Under the pieces are notes generated by a model. It had not been told where the DNA came from and searched no databases. It saw nothing but the letters and a program-made list of their open reading frames with translations. 58,170 nucleotides of DNA from a candidate division NC10 bacterium RIFCSPLOWO2_12_FULL_66_18 (GTDB lineage Bacteria > Methylomirabilota > Methylomirabilia > Methylomirabilales > 2-02-FULL-66-22). Of the stretch, positions 25,862-34,271 are shown one piece after another. The DNA lies in the NCBI GenBank assembly GCA_001771285.1, contig METI01000187.1, positions 1 through 58,170 on the forward strand. Reading direction: 5' to 3'. A program made the translations under genes and the position numbers. Numbering within the stretch: position 1 is the stretch's first letter; each line of letters starts with the position of its first letter.

Positions 25862-27654
25862 AGCGCGCCCTCCTTGGCCGTGGAACTGCACAGCTTCGCC
25901 CTGAGAGCTGCCGTTGCATCGAGATCCACCCGCAGCCGCCGTCCCCTGCCTGTGATCACCACGCCGTAGTCGATCCGTGCCCCACGCCGTGAGACCTTCT
26001 CGTCCAGGACGTCGCGGAGGACGCGCTCCGGATCGCGCTCCAGCGGATCGCCGTAGCCTCCGGAGCTGGGCAGAGTGTGCTGGAAGACTTCGCCGGCGTG
26101 CAGCGTCACGATGAACTTCGATGGCAGCACGCGCCTTCGGCCACCCCCCTCGATCGCATTCTCGGAGGGGCTGCCGGGCTTGCCCCCGAAGAGCCCGTAT
26201 GGGAGTATCTTGCGCCGGTCCGACCTCACCTGAAGCAGCGCGTCGGGTCCCAGTAAGCGCGTATCCTTCGCCACGGACATCCCGCCCCTGAAGCGCCCCG
26301 GGCCGGCTGAATCCGTAACGAAGGCGACGCGCTCGATTCTGATCGGGTACTCCGATTCGAGCACTTCGGCGCTCGTGGACCGAATATTCGTCGCGAGAGG
26401 AGAGATCCCGTCGATGCCGTCGCGGTCCGGGCGCCCCCCCCAGCAGCCGACCAGCGGCTCGACCAGGATGTATGGCGAGCCGTTGGAGTCGCTCCCGGCC
26501 AAGGTGACGAAGGAGTTGCCTCCCTCGCCCGCAGCGAAAACGCGGGCCGGCGCCGCCTGGGCAAGCGCCCCGAAGAGAGCGTCCACCACCCGATACCCCG
26601 AGATCGCCCGCGCGGCGCACGCGGCCGGCAACACGGCATTGACGATAGTGCCGGGCGGAGCGATGACGTGGATCGGGCGGAAGTATCCCGCGTTGTTCGG
26701 GATGTGCGAGCCCATGATGCTCCGAACCACCACGTACACGGCCGACTTGGTAAACGAGGCGGTGGCATTGATCGCGCCCCGTACCTGCTTCGAGGTGCCG
26801 GTCAGGTCGACCGTCATCTCATCGCCTCGAATGGTCAGCTCCACCTTCATGGGGATCGGATCGGGATCGAGCCCGTCGTCGTCCAGGTAGTCGGTGAACC
26901 GGTAGACGCCATCCGGCAGGGCCTCGATCTCCGCCCGGGTCATCCGTTCCGTGTAGTCGAGGACCTCACGGAAGTAGTTGAGCAGGACCGGCAGGCTGTA
27001 ACGGGCCACCAGTTCGAGGAAGCGCCGCTCTCCGGTCTGACAGGCTGTGAGTTGGGCCTGCAGGTCGCCGAGAACCTTGTCCGGCACCCGAACGTTGGCC
27101 TCTATGATACGAAAGACCTCCCTCACCGGCTGGCCCGCGGCGTACAGCCGCATGGGCGGAACTCGAAGCCCCTCCTGGTAGATCTCCGTCGAGTCGGACG
27201 CGTTGCTCCCTGGAACCCGGCCGCCCACATCGGTGTGGTGGGCGACGGTGCCGGTGAAACCGGCGAGCACGCCGTCGATGAAGATCGGGCGAAACATGAA
27301 GAAGTCCTGGAGGTGGCTCCCCCCTTCGAACGGATCGTTGAGGATGAACACGTCGCCTGGTACGATCTCCCTCCCAAAGAGGCGGAGGACGGCCTCCATG
27401 GCATCCGGCATCCCGCCCAGGTGGAAGGGGAGCGTCAGACCCTGGGCGAGCAACTGACCCTCGGCGTCCAGGAACGATGTTCCGAAGTCCATCGCTTCCC
27501 GGACGATCGTCGAGCGTGCCGTGCGCACGATGGTGAGCGCCATCTCGTCCAGGATCGAGTCCATAGCGTTCTTCAACACCTCGAAGGTGATGGGGTCGAA
27601 CGCTCGGTCGCCGTGCGCTCCTTGGCTCGCGAGTCCTATCGTAGTTTCCACCAT
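25858..27654 (-). CDS. hyuB: Hydantoinase B / oxoprolinase family protein, module 1
   Basis: 598 aa, DPITFEVLKNAMDSILDEMALTIVRTARSTIVREAMDFGTSF. Paralog of 29477-31168. Confidence 0.9.
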   Translation of the reverse strand: MVETTIGLASQGAHGDRAFDPITFEVLKNAMDSILDEMALTIVRTARSTIVREAMDFGTSFLDAEGQLLAQGLTLPFHLGGMPDAMEAVLRLFGREIVPGDVFILNDPFEGGSHLQDFFMFRPIFIDGVLAGFTGTVAHHTDVGGRVPGSNASDSTEIYQEGLRVPPMRLYAAGQPVREVFRIIEANVRVPDKVLGDLQAQLTACQTGERRFLELVARYSLPVLLNYFREVLDYTERMTRAEIEALPDGVYRFTDYLDDDGLDPDPIPMKVELTIRGDEMTVDLTGTSKQVRGAINATASFTKSAVYVVVRSIMGSHIPNNAGYFRPIHVIAPPGTIVNAVLPAACAARAISGYRVVDALFGALAQAAPARVFAAGEGGNSFVTLAGSDSNGSPYILVEPLVGCWGGRPDRDGIDGISPLATNIRSTSAEVLESEYPIRIERVAFVTDSAGPGRFRGGMSVAKDTRLLGPDALLQVRSDRRKILPYGLFGGKPGSPSENAIEGGGRRRVLPSKFIVTLHAGEVFQHTLPSSGGYGDPLERDPERVLRDVLDEKVSRRGARIDYGVVITGRGRRLRVDLDATAALRAKLCSSTAKEGAL

Positions 27655-27687
27655 GCTCTCGTCTCCTCTCGGAAGCCCCCGGTCTAC

Positions 27688-27717
27688 TTTGCCCTATTCC
27701 ATTTTGCCCTATTCCAT
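27688..27717. repeat. Perfect tandem duplication of a 15-mer (tttgccctattccat x2)
   Basis: Read directly. It lies 34-63 nt upstream of the hyuB-1 start codon, between that gene and the IS element. Confidence 0.8.
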
Positions 27718-27769
27718 CGAGCTCAGAAGTCCAAGATCCCCTGATCGAGACTCAGCCCTAATCCGAAAA

Positions 27770-29062
27770 ACAGTTCGTGCCTTTGATTCCTTTGACAGAG
27801 TCAATCCCAAAGTTAGTTGAAAATGGCGAAGCGGCCTCCCGGTCATGGGGCTACGCAGCGTGAGATGCACCCGTCGCTTCCTCGTCTCGCACCGCTGCCA
27901 GCAAGGCGGCCCGGAGCAGCGGCAACGCCCGGAAGCCTTTTATCCGCCGCAAGCGCGGCTCGATGTCCAGGAGCGCCGCAGCCAGCCAGCGCTGTTTCTG
28001 ATCGGACGTTCGCCAGCGATCGACCTTGTCGGTCCGTTGCCCGACCAGGGCGTTCAGGGATTCGAGCCAGTTCGTCGTCTTCAGACTCACGCCCAATGTG
28101 GAGAAGACGCCCAGGCGGTGGAGGGTGAGGGTCTCCTCGAACCCTTCGTCGAGGCTCTTGACCGCCGACTCGTTCACCAGACGCAGTTCCTGGCGGACCC
28201 GGAGGAGGGCCGCCTTCGCGTCGGGGTAGGTGGGCTTCTGATAGGCCGCCTGGAGCTTGCGGCGCCAGGTGGGCCGCTGGCCCTTGGGCAAGTACTCCAG
28301 GACGTTCTCCCGCTTATGCCACTGACAGCGCTGGACCACCGCCTGGGATCCGAAGACGGTCTGGAGCGCCTTCCGGAGCCCCTTGGCCCCATCGATCACG
28401 CAGAGGAGGCCCTGGTCCATCTTCAGACCGCGCTCGACCAGCTCCCGGAGGAAGGCGGCGCAGACCCGGTCGTTCTCCGTAGCCGTCTGGACGAAGCCCA
28501 GGATGACCTTCTCGCCGGTCACCGTGATCCCGAGCGCGATCACCATCGCATCCTCGGCGAAGGTCTTCCCATCGAGGAGCAGGGCGACGAAGTCGTACCC
28601 CACCAGCTGCCGCTCCTGGAGGACCTGGAGTCGCTGCGCGCTGGCCCGGATGAAGCGGCGGGAGACGCTGGTAGGGCTCAACCCTAAGGCTTCGGGGACG
28701 GCCTCCGCACAGGCTTCGTAGTCCCGACAGCTCAGGCCGTAGAGCACCTTCCGGAAGAGGCCCACATCGGTCTGTCGGGGCGTCTGGAGCTGCTGGTAGG
28801 TCCGCAACGGGACCTCTTGATTGCGCACCCGATCCCGGACGAGGTTACAAAAGGTGATAGCCTGGGAAATATGGCCGGCCGCCGGAGGCACTCGATCGGT
28901 GTGAACCACTCGCGGTTGCATTTCAGCTTACTCCCGACCACCGTGTTCCCAAGATGATGACTTCCGCCACGCCTGGACTCGTCGTCCTGCATGGGGGCGA
29001 TGCCTGGCCACCTATTCCGAAGGCGACGTATGACCCAGCCATGCTGCCTCAAACGAACTCCC
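27770..29062 (-). mobile_element. IS256-family insertion sequence (boundaries approximate)
   Basis: Contains the mutator-type transposase ORF. Possible short terminal inverted match: agttcgtg..tttga at 27772 against the reverse complement of 29045-29059. The ~1.29-kb size fits the family. No clean target duplication was found. Confidence 0.5.
27851..28921 (-). CDS. IS256-family (mutator-type) transposase, possibly 5'-truncated or frameshifted
   Basis: LLDGKTF...ALGITVTGEKVILG...CVIDGAKGLRKALQTVFG...QRCQWHKRENVLEYLP. At 356 aa it is shorter than I expect for the family. Confidence 0.85.
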   Translation of the reverse strand: MQPRVVHTDRVPPAAGHISQAITFCNLVRDRVRNQEVPLRTYQQLQTPRQTDVGLFRKVLYGLSCRDYEACAEAVPEALGLSPTSVSRRFIRASAQRLQVLQERQLVGYDFVALLLDGKTFAEDAMVIALGITVTGEKVILGFVQTATENDRVCAAFLRELVERGLKMDQGLLCVIDGAKGLRKALQTVFGSQAVVQRCQWHKRENVLEYLPKGQRPTWRRKLQAAYQKPTYPDAKAALLRVRQELRLVNESAVKSLDEGFEETLTLHRLGVFSTLGVSLKTTNWLESLNALVGQRTDKVDRWRTSDQKQRWLAAALLDIEPRLRRIKGFRALPLLRAALLAAVRDEEATGASHAA

Positions 29063-29099
29063 TCTCGTTGAGAGGGTAGGAAGCCGACCAGGGAAGCCG

Positions 29100-29480
29100 T
29101 TAGGCCGGTGGAATCTTTTTCCAATTCTCCTTCGGGGCCAGCCGCTTGGGTTGGGGGGAGGTGGTCCAGACGAATTCCAGGGGCTCTGGGCCCAAGGAGT
29201 CGATCTGATGCCGGGCGTTCGACGGGATGAAGATCACCGTGCCAGGTCCGACCTCTTTTACCTCACCCCCGACCATCGCCCTGGCCCTCCCGCGCAGGAG
29301 GTAATACGCCTCCTCCTCCGGGTGCTGGGCCAGTACGGTCCCTGTCCCGGGTTCGATGCTGGTGAATCCCATGACAAAGCTCTTGGCACCAGTTTTCTCT
29401 GGGTCCACGAGGTACTTCAGAATCCCCTTGCGCGGAAGTGGCGGTTCGTATCCTTCGATGGCGGATGTGTGAATGATCAT
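29100..29480 (-). CDS. Cupin-domain protein, copy 2
   Basis: MIIHTSAIEGYEPP...IEPGTGTVLAQHPEEEAYYLLRG...SNARHQI. ATG 29480 overlaps the hyuB-2 stop (ATGA). Confidence 0.75.
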   Translation of the reverse strand: MIIHTSAIEGYEPPLPRKGILKYLVDPEKTGAKSFVMGFTSIEPGTGTVLAQHPEEEAYYLLRGRARAMVGGEVKEVGPGTVIFIPSNARHQIDSLGPEPLEFVWTTSPQPKRLAPKENWKKIPPA

Positions 29481-31168
29481 CTCTGCCCTCCTTGCTGTGC
29501 CCTTGGAAGTCTGGCCGGCATGGCCTTGAGCGGGCGCTCCCACTGGTACTCAAGGGCGGCGGCCCGCGGGGTGACGAGGCCATCACGAACATCTCGCTCG
29601 ACCCGGTCCCGGTCCCGGTCCGCGGGGGGATAGAGACCGCCGCCCCCCGGGTATTCGACGGTGATGGCATCCCCGGGGCGCAGGGCCAAGCGACTCCGAG
29701 TCTGCCGCAGGGGCCGGCCATTCAGGAAGAGGCGGTTCGGACGACCTGGCCGTCCGCCCAGCAACCCCTGAGCCGGGTGGTTCAGACGGTTCACCACCAA
29801 ATTGTGAAGCACTGGTGTGTTCGCCAAGTTGCGGATCGTTATCCGCTGGCCAGGACCTCCACGGAACTTGCCAGGTCCGCCGGAATCGGGGATCAGTACC
29901 TTCTCCTCGACGAGCAGAGGCGTGGTCAGCTCGATGACCTCGGCTGGCGTGTTGGACATGTTGCTGGGGAAGCAACTGGTCCGCCCATCTCGGCCCGGAG
30001 CTGCCCCGCTCCCCCCATTGAAGCCCACCAAGAGGACGTAGGGAGAGCCGTCCCGACCGGTCCCCGCAAATGCCTCGAGAGTCACCGGCGTACTTCCGCT
30101 GTGGGCCATGACCCGGTCTGGAAAGACCTCTGCGAGGGCACTGAAGATGGCCGCCGGGATGAAGTGTCCGACTTGGTTCCGGTTCATCACTGCGGCCGGA
30201 GGTTTGGCATTCAGGACGCATCCTTCGGGTGCCGCTACGGTAATGGGGCGATAGCACCCCTCGTTGTTGGGGATACTGGGATTCAGGAGGCATTTCAGCG
30301 GGTAGGCAGTGTAGGCATACGTATAGCTGATCACGGAGTTGAGAGAAGAGTGGTTCTGCGGCGAGGACCCGGCAAAGTCAACATGAATGGTATCGCCCGC
30401 GATCTCTACTCGAACGCGAAGAGTGATGGATCCTTCGAGCCCATCCAAAGACACCTCGCTGGCGTAGACGCCGGCCGGCGCCGCGCGGATGGCCTCCCGC
30501 ATGGCGCCCTCGGTGCGGGACAAGATCTCATCCGCCAGGGCGGTGAAGTCCTCGATCCGCTCCTCGATCATCAGTTGGCGGACCCGCTCGGAGGCAACCC
30601 AGTTGGCGGCGAGCATCGCGTTGATGTCCCCGACGACATCCTCCGGGACCCGCACGTTGTTGCGGATAAACTCGAGCACGGTCTCGTCGAGGGAGCCCTC
30701 GCGGGCCAGCCGGACCATGGGGATGCGAATCCCCTCCTCGTACACTTCCCGGGTCCCGCCATAGTCGATAATTCCCCCGATGTCCGCCATGTGGGCGATC
30801 ACGCCCGCCAGGGCCACGAGCTCTCCTCGTGGGCCGAAGATTGGGGTGACGATGGTGAGATCCGGGAGATGGCCGGTCCCCAGCCAGGGATCGTTGGTGA
30901 CCAGGCTATCCCCGGGCCGGAGCGTCTCCGGTGGGAATCGCCGGAGCAGGTGCCGGGCGGTAATCGGGAGCGTCCCCAGGAAGGAGGGCGGACAGTGCCA
31001 GGGCTGAGCCACCGAGTTCCCCCGGGCGTCCATCAGCACCACCGCATAGTCGTTTCCCTCGCGCACGACGCTGGAGAAGGCAGTCCGCACCAGCGCCGCA
31101 CTCGTCTCCTGGGTAATAGAGATCAGCTTATCCCACAGGATGCGCAGCGCGATCGGATCGTGGCCCAT
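29477..31168 (-). CDS. hyuB: Hydantoinase B / oxoprolinase family protein, module 2
   Basis: MGHDPIALRILWDKLISITQETSAALVRTAFSSVVREGNDYAVVL. ATG 31168 shares 1 nt with the hyuA-2 stop. Confidence 0.9.
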   Translation of the reverse strand: MGHDPIALRILWDKLISITQETSAALVRTAFSSVVREGNDYAVVLMDARGNSVAQPWHCPPSFLGTLPITARHLLRRFPPETLRPGDSLVTNDPWLGTGHLPDLTIVTPIFGPRGELVALAGVIAHMADIGGIIDYGGTREVYEEGIRIPMVRLAREGSLDETVLEFIRNNVRVPEDVVGDINAMLAANWVASERVRQLMIEERIEDFTALADEILSRTEGAMREAIRAAPAGVYASEVSLDGLEGSITLRVRVEIAGDTIHVDFAGSSPQNHSSLNSVISYTYAYTAYPLKCLLNPSIPNNEGCYRPITVAAPEGCVLNAKPPAAVMNRNQVGHFIPAAIFSALAEVFPDRVMAHSGSTPVTLEAFAGTGRDGSPYVLLVGFNGGSGAAPGRDGRTSCFPSNMSNTPAEVIELTTPLLVEEKVLIPDSGGPGKFRGGPGQRITIRNLANTPVLHNLVVNRLNHPAQGLLGGRPGRPNRLFLNGRPLRQTRSRLALRPGDAITVEYPGGGGLYPPADRDRDRVERDVRDGLVTPRAAALEYQWERPLKAMPARLPRAQQGGQR

Positions 31169-33261
31169 CAGGACACCTCGCATAGGGTCATCACGACTCC
31201 TCCCAGCTCGTCCAGAGTCGCCCATGCTCCTGGACCGATGTAGATGGTACTCTCCCGCTCCTCCAGGATCACCGGTCCCTCGATCCGGACGCCCGGTTGC
31301 AGGCGATAGCGGTCCAGCACCGGGACTTCCACCGACCCCTGGTCCTCGCGGAGGTAGACAGGGCGGCTCCCCTTGATCGCGTCACCGGTTGCCGCGCCGG
31401 TCTCCATCCGGAGGTTGAAGCGGGGAGGCGGGGCCAGCGCGGCGGCCCGCCAGGTGACCGCCTCGACGGGCGCCCCGGCGACGAGACGCCCGTAGCTCGC
31501 CTGGTATACGGCGTCGAAAGCCTCTGCGAGGGCCGCCCTGTTTCCGTCCTCCAGGTAGACCTCCGGAACCGGAACGGTGACCTCGAACCCCTGCCGCTTG
31601 TACCGCATATCCACACTGATCCGCCGCTCCACCAGATTCCAGGCGACGCCCGCCTTGGTGAACAGCGGCTCAAGCTGGCCAAACATGTCGCGGTAGAGGT
31701 CGTGGACCCGATCCATGTCCGCGGAGGCCAGATCCGTGACATAGGACGTGCTGAGGTCGAAGGCGAGTCGGGCGCTGAGGAGACCCAGGGCCGAAAAGGC
31801 TCCCACGGCGCGAGGAAAGATCACCCGAGCCAACCCGAGGATGCGGGCAATCCGATAGGCGTGAACCGGTCCGGCACCGCCGAAGGCCACCATCGTCATG
31901 CCCCGATAGTTCACCCCCTTCTCGACCGCGTGGACTCTGAGCGCCTCCGCCATGTTGGCCGTGACGACCTCATGAATCCCCCAGGCCGCCCGGACTGCAG
32001 ACAGCCCGAGCCGGGCCCCCAGATCTCCCAGGGCGGTCTCGGCGCCAGCGGCGTCGAGGGCCATCTCCCCCCCGAGGAAATAGGCCGCGTTCAAGTAGCC
32101 CAGGAGCAGGTCGGCGTCGGTGACCGTGGGCTCCGTTCCCCCCCGTCCGTAGCAGACAGGCCCCGGGTCCGCCCCGGCGCTCTCCGGACCCACACTCAAG
32201 AGCCCCAGGGCATCAGCCCGGGCCAAGCTCCCGCCGCCCGCGCCGATCTCGATCATATCGACGATCGGCAGCCGGACCGGCAAACCACTCCCCCGCATGA
32301 AGCGCTTCACGCGAGCGACCTCGAAGTCGGTGGTGATCAACGGCGCCCCGCCCCTGACGAGGCAGGCCTTGGCCGTGGTTCCGCCCATGTCAAAGGAGAG
32401 CAGATCCGGACACCCAATAAGCCGTCCGTAAAGAGCGGCGGCCAAGGCGCCCGCCGCCGGGCCGGACTCCAGCAGGCGAACCGGGAACTGCGCCGCCGCC
32501 TCCGGGGTCAAGATGCCCCCCTGGGAGCCCATGTAGTAGCTTCCCCGAAACCCAAGAGCGGCCAGGTCTGCCTCCAGACGCGCGAGGTAGCCCTTGACGA
32601 CCGGCTGCACGAAGGCATTCATGGCGGTGAGGCACGCCCGTTCGAACTCGCGAGCCTGGGCGAGGACTTCCGAAGAGAGCGAAATAAATAGGTCGGGTGC
32701 CTCGGTCCGAAGCAAGGCGGCCACGCGCCGCTCGTGGTCCGGGTTCCGATAAGCGTGGAGCAGGCAGACAGCCACTGCCTCATATCGCTCCCGGCGCAGG
32801 CGGCGGGCGAGCCTCCGCACCGCGCCTTCGTCGGGAGGGACCCTGACCTCGCCGGTGGCCAGGATCCGCTCCGGAATCTCGAAGGTCCGATGCCGCGGGA
32901 CGACCGGCTCGGGGACCTCCAGGGCGAGATCGTACACGTTGTAGCGCGACTCCCGGGCGCATTGCAGGACATCTCGAAATCCGGCCGTGACCAGAAGGGC
33001 GGTCTTGGCCCCCTTCCGCTCGATGAGCGCGTTGCTGACCAGCGTCGTCGCGTGGATGATGTCGGCGATGGATTCTGGACGGGTGCCCGTCCGCTCCAAC
33101 AAGCGTCGAGTCCCATCCTGCACTGCCCGCGCTGGGTCGTCGGGCGTGGTCAGGAGTTTTTCCACCGCCAGCGCACCGCTCTGGTTGTTGAGCAGCACCA
33201 GGTCGGTGAAGGTCCCGCCGATGTCCACCCCCACACGGTATGGCTGCACCCTCTCGCTCAT
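31168..33261 (-). CDS. hyuA: Hydantoinase A / oxoprolinase family protein, module 2
   Basis: 697 aa, YRVGVDIGGTFTDLVLL...FDMGGTTAKACLV. Confidence 0.9.
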   Translation of the reverse strand: MSERVQPYRVGVDIGGTFTDLVLLNNQSGALAVEKLLTTPDDPARAVQDGTRRLLERTGTRPESIADIIHATTLVSNALIERKGAKTALLVTAGFRDVLQCARESRYNVYDLALEVPEPVVPRHRTFEIPERILATGEVRVPPDEGAVRRLARRLRRERYEAVAVCLLHAYRNPDHERRVAALLRTEAPDLFISLSSEVLAQAREFERACLTAMNAFVQPVVKGYLARLEADLAALGFRGSYYMGSQGGILTPEAAAQFPVRLLESGPAAGALAAALYGRLIGCPDLLSFDMGGTTAKACLVRGGAPLITTDFEVARVKRFMRGSGLPVRLPIVDMIEIGAGGGSLARADALGLLSVGPESAGADPGPVCYGRGGTEPTVTDADLLLGYLNAAYFLGGEMALDAAGAETALGDLGARLGLSAVRAAWGIHEVVTANMAEALRVHAVEKGVNYRGMTMVAFGGAGPVHAYRIARILGLARVIFPRAVGAFSALGLLSARLAFDLSTSYVTDLASADMDRVHDLYRDMFGQLEPLFTKAGVAWNLVERRISVDMRYKRQGFEVTVPVPEVYLEDGNRAALAEAFDAVYQASYGRLVAGAPVEAVTWRAAALAPPPRFNLRMETGAATGDAIKGSRPVYLREDQGSVEVPVLDRYRLQPGVRIEGPVILEERESTIYIGPGAWATLDELGGVVMTLCEVS

Positions 33262-34271
33262 CGCTCCTCCCGCCCACTCGCCAGATCGCGGGCCGCGTAG
33301 GGACCCGGCCGCGCTCGTCCCCCCAGGCCGCGCAGCACGTTCAGGAGTCGCGCCGCCAGTTCCTCACGCACCGTCGCCGGGTCCCGCCCAGCCCAGTCGT
33401 AGAATCCCCGGCCGGCCTGCAGGCCGACCTCGCGACGTTCCACCAGCTCCCGAAGGAGGGGGAGCGGCTCTGCCCCGTTCTGCAGGTGCGGGTAGAGTGC
33501 CGCTGCCACAGTGAGGAGGAGGTCCAGGCTCCCGAGGTCCTGCTGAAGGAGAATGCCCGTGGCCGCCAAGCGCGGGCCCAGGGCCACCTGGGCCACGATG
33601 TCTACGTCCTCGACGCTCGCCACGCCCGATTCCACGAGCGCGATGGCCTCCCGGGTCAGGGCCTGGATCAGCCGGTTGGCCACAAACCCCGGCTGGTCGA
33701 ATCGGACGCGGATCGGAACCTTGCCCACCTGCCGCCAGAGGTCCATGACGGCGTCCACGATCTCCGGATCCGTTTCCGGACCCTGGACTACCTCCACCAA
33801 TGGCATGGCGTCGGCCGGGTTCAGGAAATGGCAGCCTATCAGTCGCTCACGCCGCGCCATCCGAGCCCCCACCCCCACCAGGGTCAGCGAGGAGGTGTTC
33901 GTGGCCAAGATCGTGGCCCGAGGACAGAGGCCCTCCAGGCGGGCAAACAGCACCTGCTTGGCCGGGAGATCCTCAGGAATGCTTTCCAGGACCAGACCCG
34001 CCCCGGCCACGGCCTCCTCCAGGGTTCTGCACATCACCACCCGATCCCGGGCGGCGGCCGCGGCCCTCTCCCCCCATACTCCCGATCGGACCGCACGCTC
34101 CAGGTTGGCTCCCAATCGGATGGGGACGGAGGCGAGAACCTCCGGCGCCGTGTCTGTCGCCGTCGCGGTCACCCCTCCCAGGGCCAGGGCGGTGGCAATC
34201 CCCAAGCCCATGTGGCCCGCGCCGACTACCCCGACCCGCTCCAGTTCGGTGGGCACAGGTGGACTCCTCAT
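33258..34271 (-). CDS. 3-hydroxyacyl-CoA dehydrogenase (NAD-binding, FadB/Hbd-like)
   Basis: VGVVGAGHMGLGIA...ATNTSSL...GCHFLNPADAMPLVEVV...PGFVANRL. ATG 34271 overlaps the dctM-3 stop. Confidence 0.85.
   Translation of the reverse strand: MRSPPVPTELERVGVVGAGHMGLGIATALALGGVTATATDTAPEVLASVPIRLGANLERAVRSGVWGERAAAAARDRVVMCRTLEEAVAGAGLVLESIPEDLPAKQVLFARLEGLCPRATILATNTSSLTLVGVGARMARRERLIGCHFLNPADAMPLVEVVQGPETDPEIVDAVMDLWRQVGKVPIRVRFDQPGFVANRLIQALTREAIALVESGVASVEDVDIVAQVALGPRLAATGILLQQDLGSLDLLLTVAAALYPHLQNGAEPLPLLRELVERREVGLQAGRGFYDWAGRDPATVREELAARLLNVLRGLGGRARPGPYAARDLASGREER

Noticed and set aside
29011-29018. The 8-mer cctattcc is shared with 27693-27700 and 27708-27715, suggesting a possible IS256 8-bp target-site duplication.
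   Set aside because: The sequences just inside these sites show no inverted-repeat relationship. The right-hand copy also lies inside the putative 5' ORF of the transposase, so it cannot be a flanking duplication.
29060-29076. Hairpin ccctct-cgttg-agaggg, 24 nt downstream of the cupin-2 stop, considered as an intrinsic terminator.
   Set aside because: The stem is only 6 bp and the trailing sequence on the minus strand (AGUUCGUUUGAGG) is not a proper U-tract. It may equally be the outer edge of the IS. I do not report it as a terminator.
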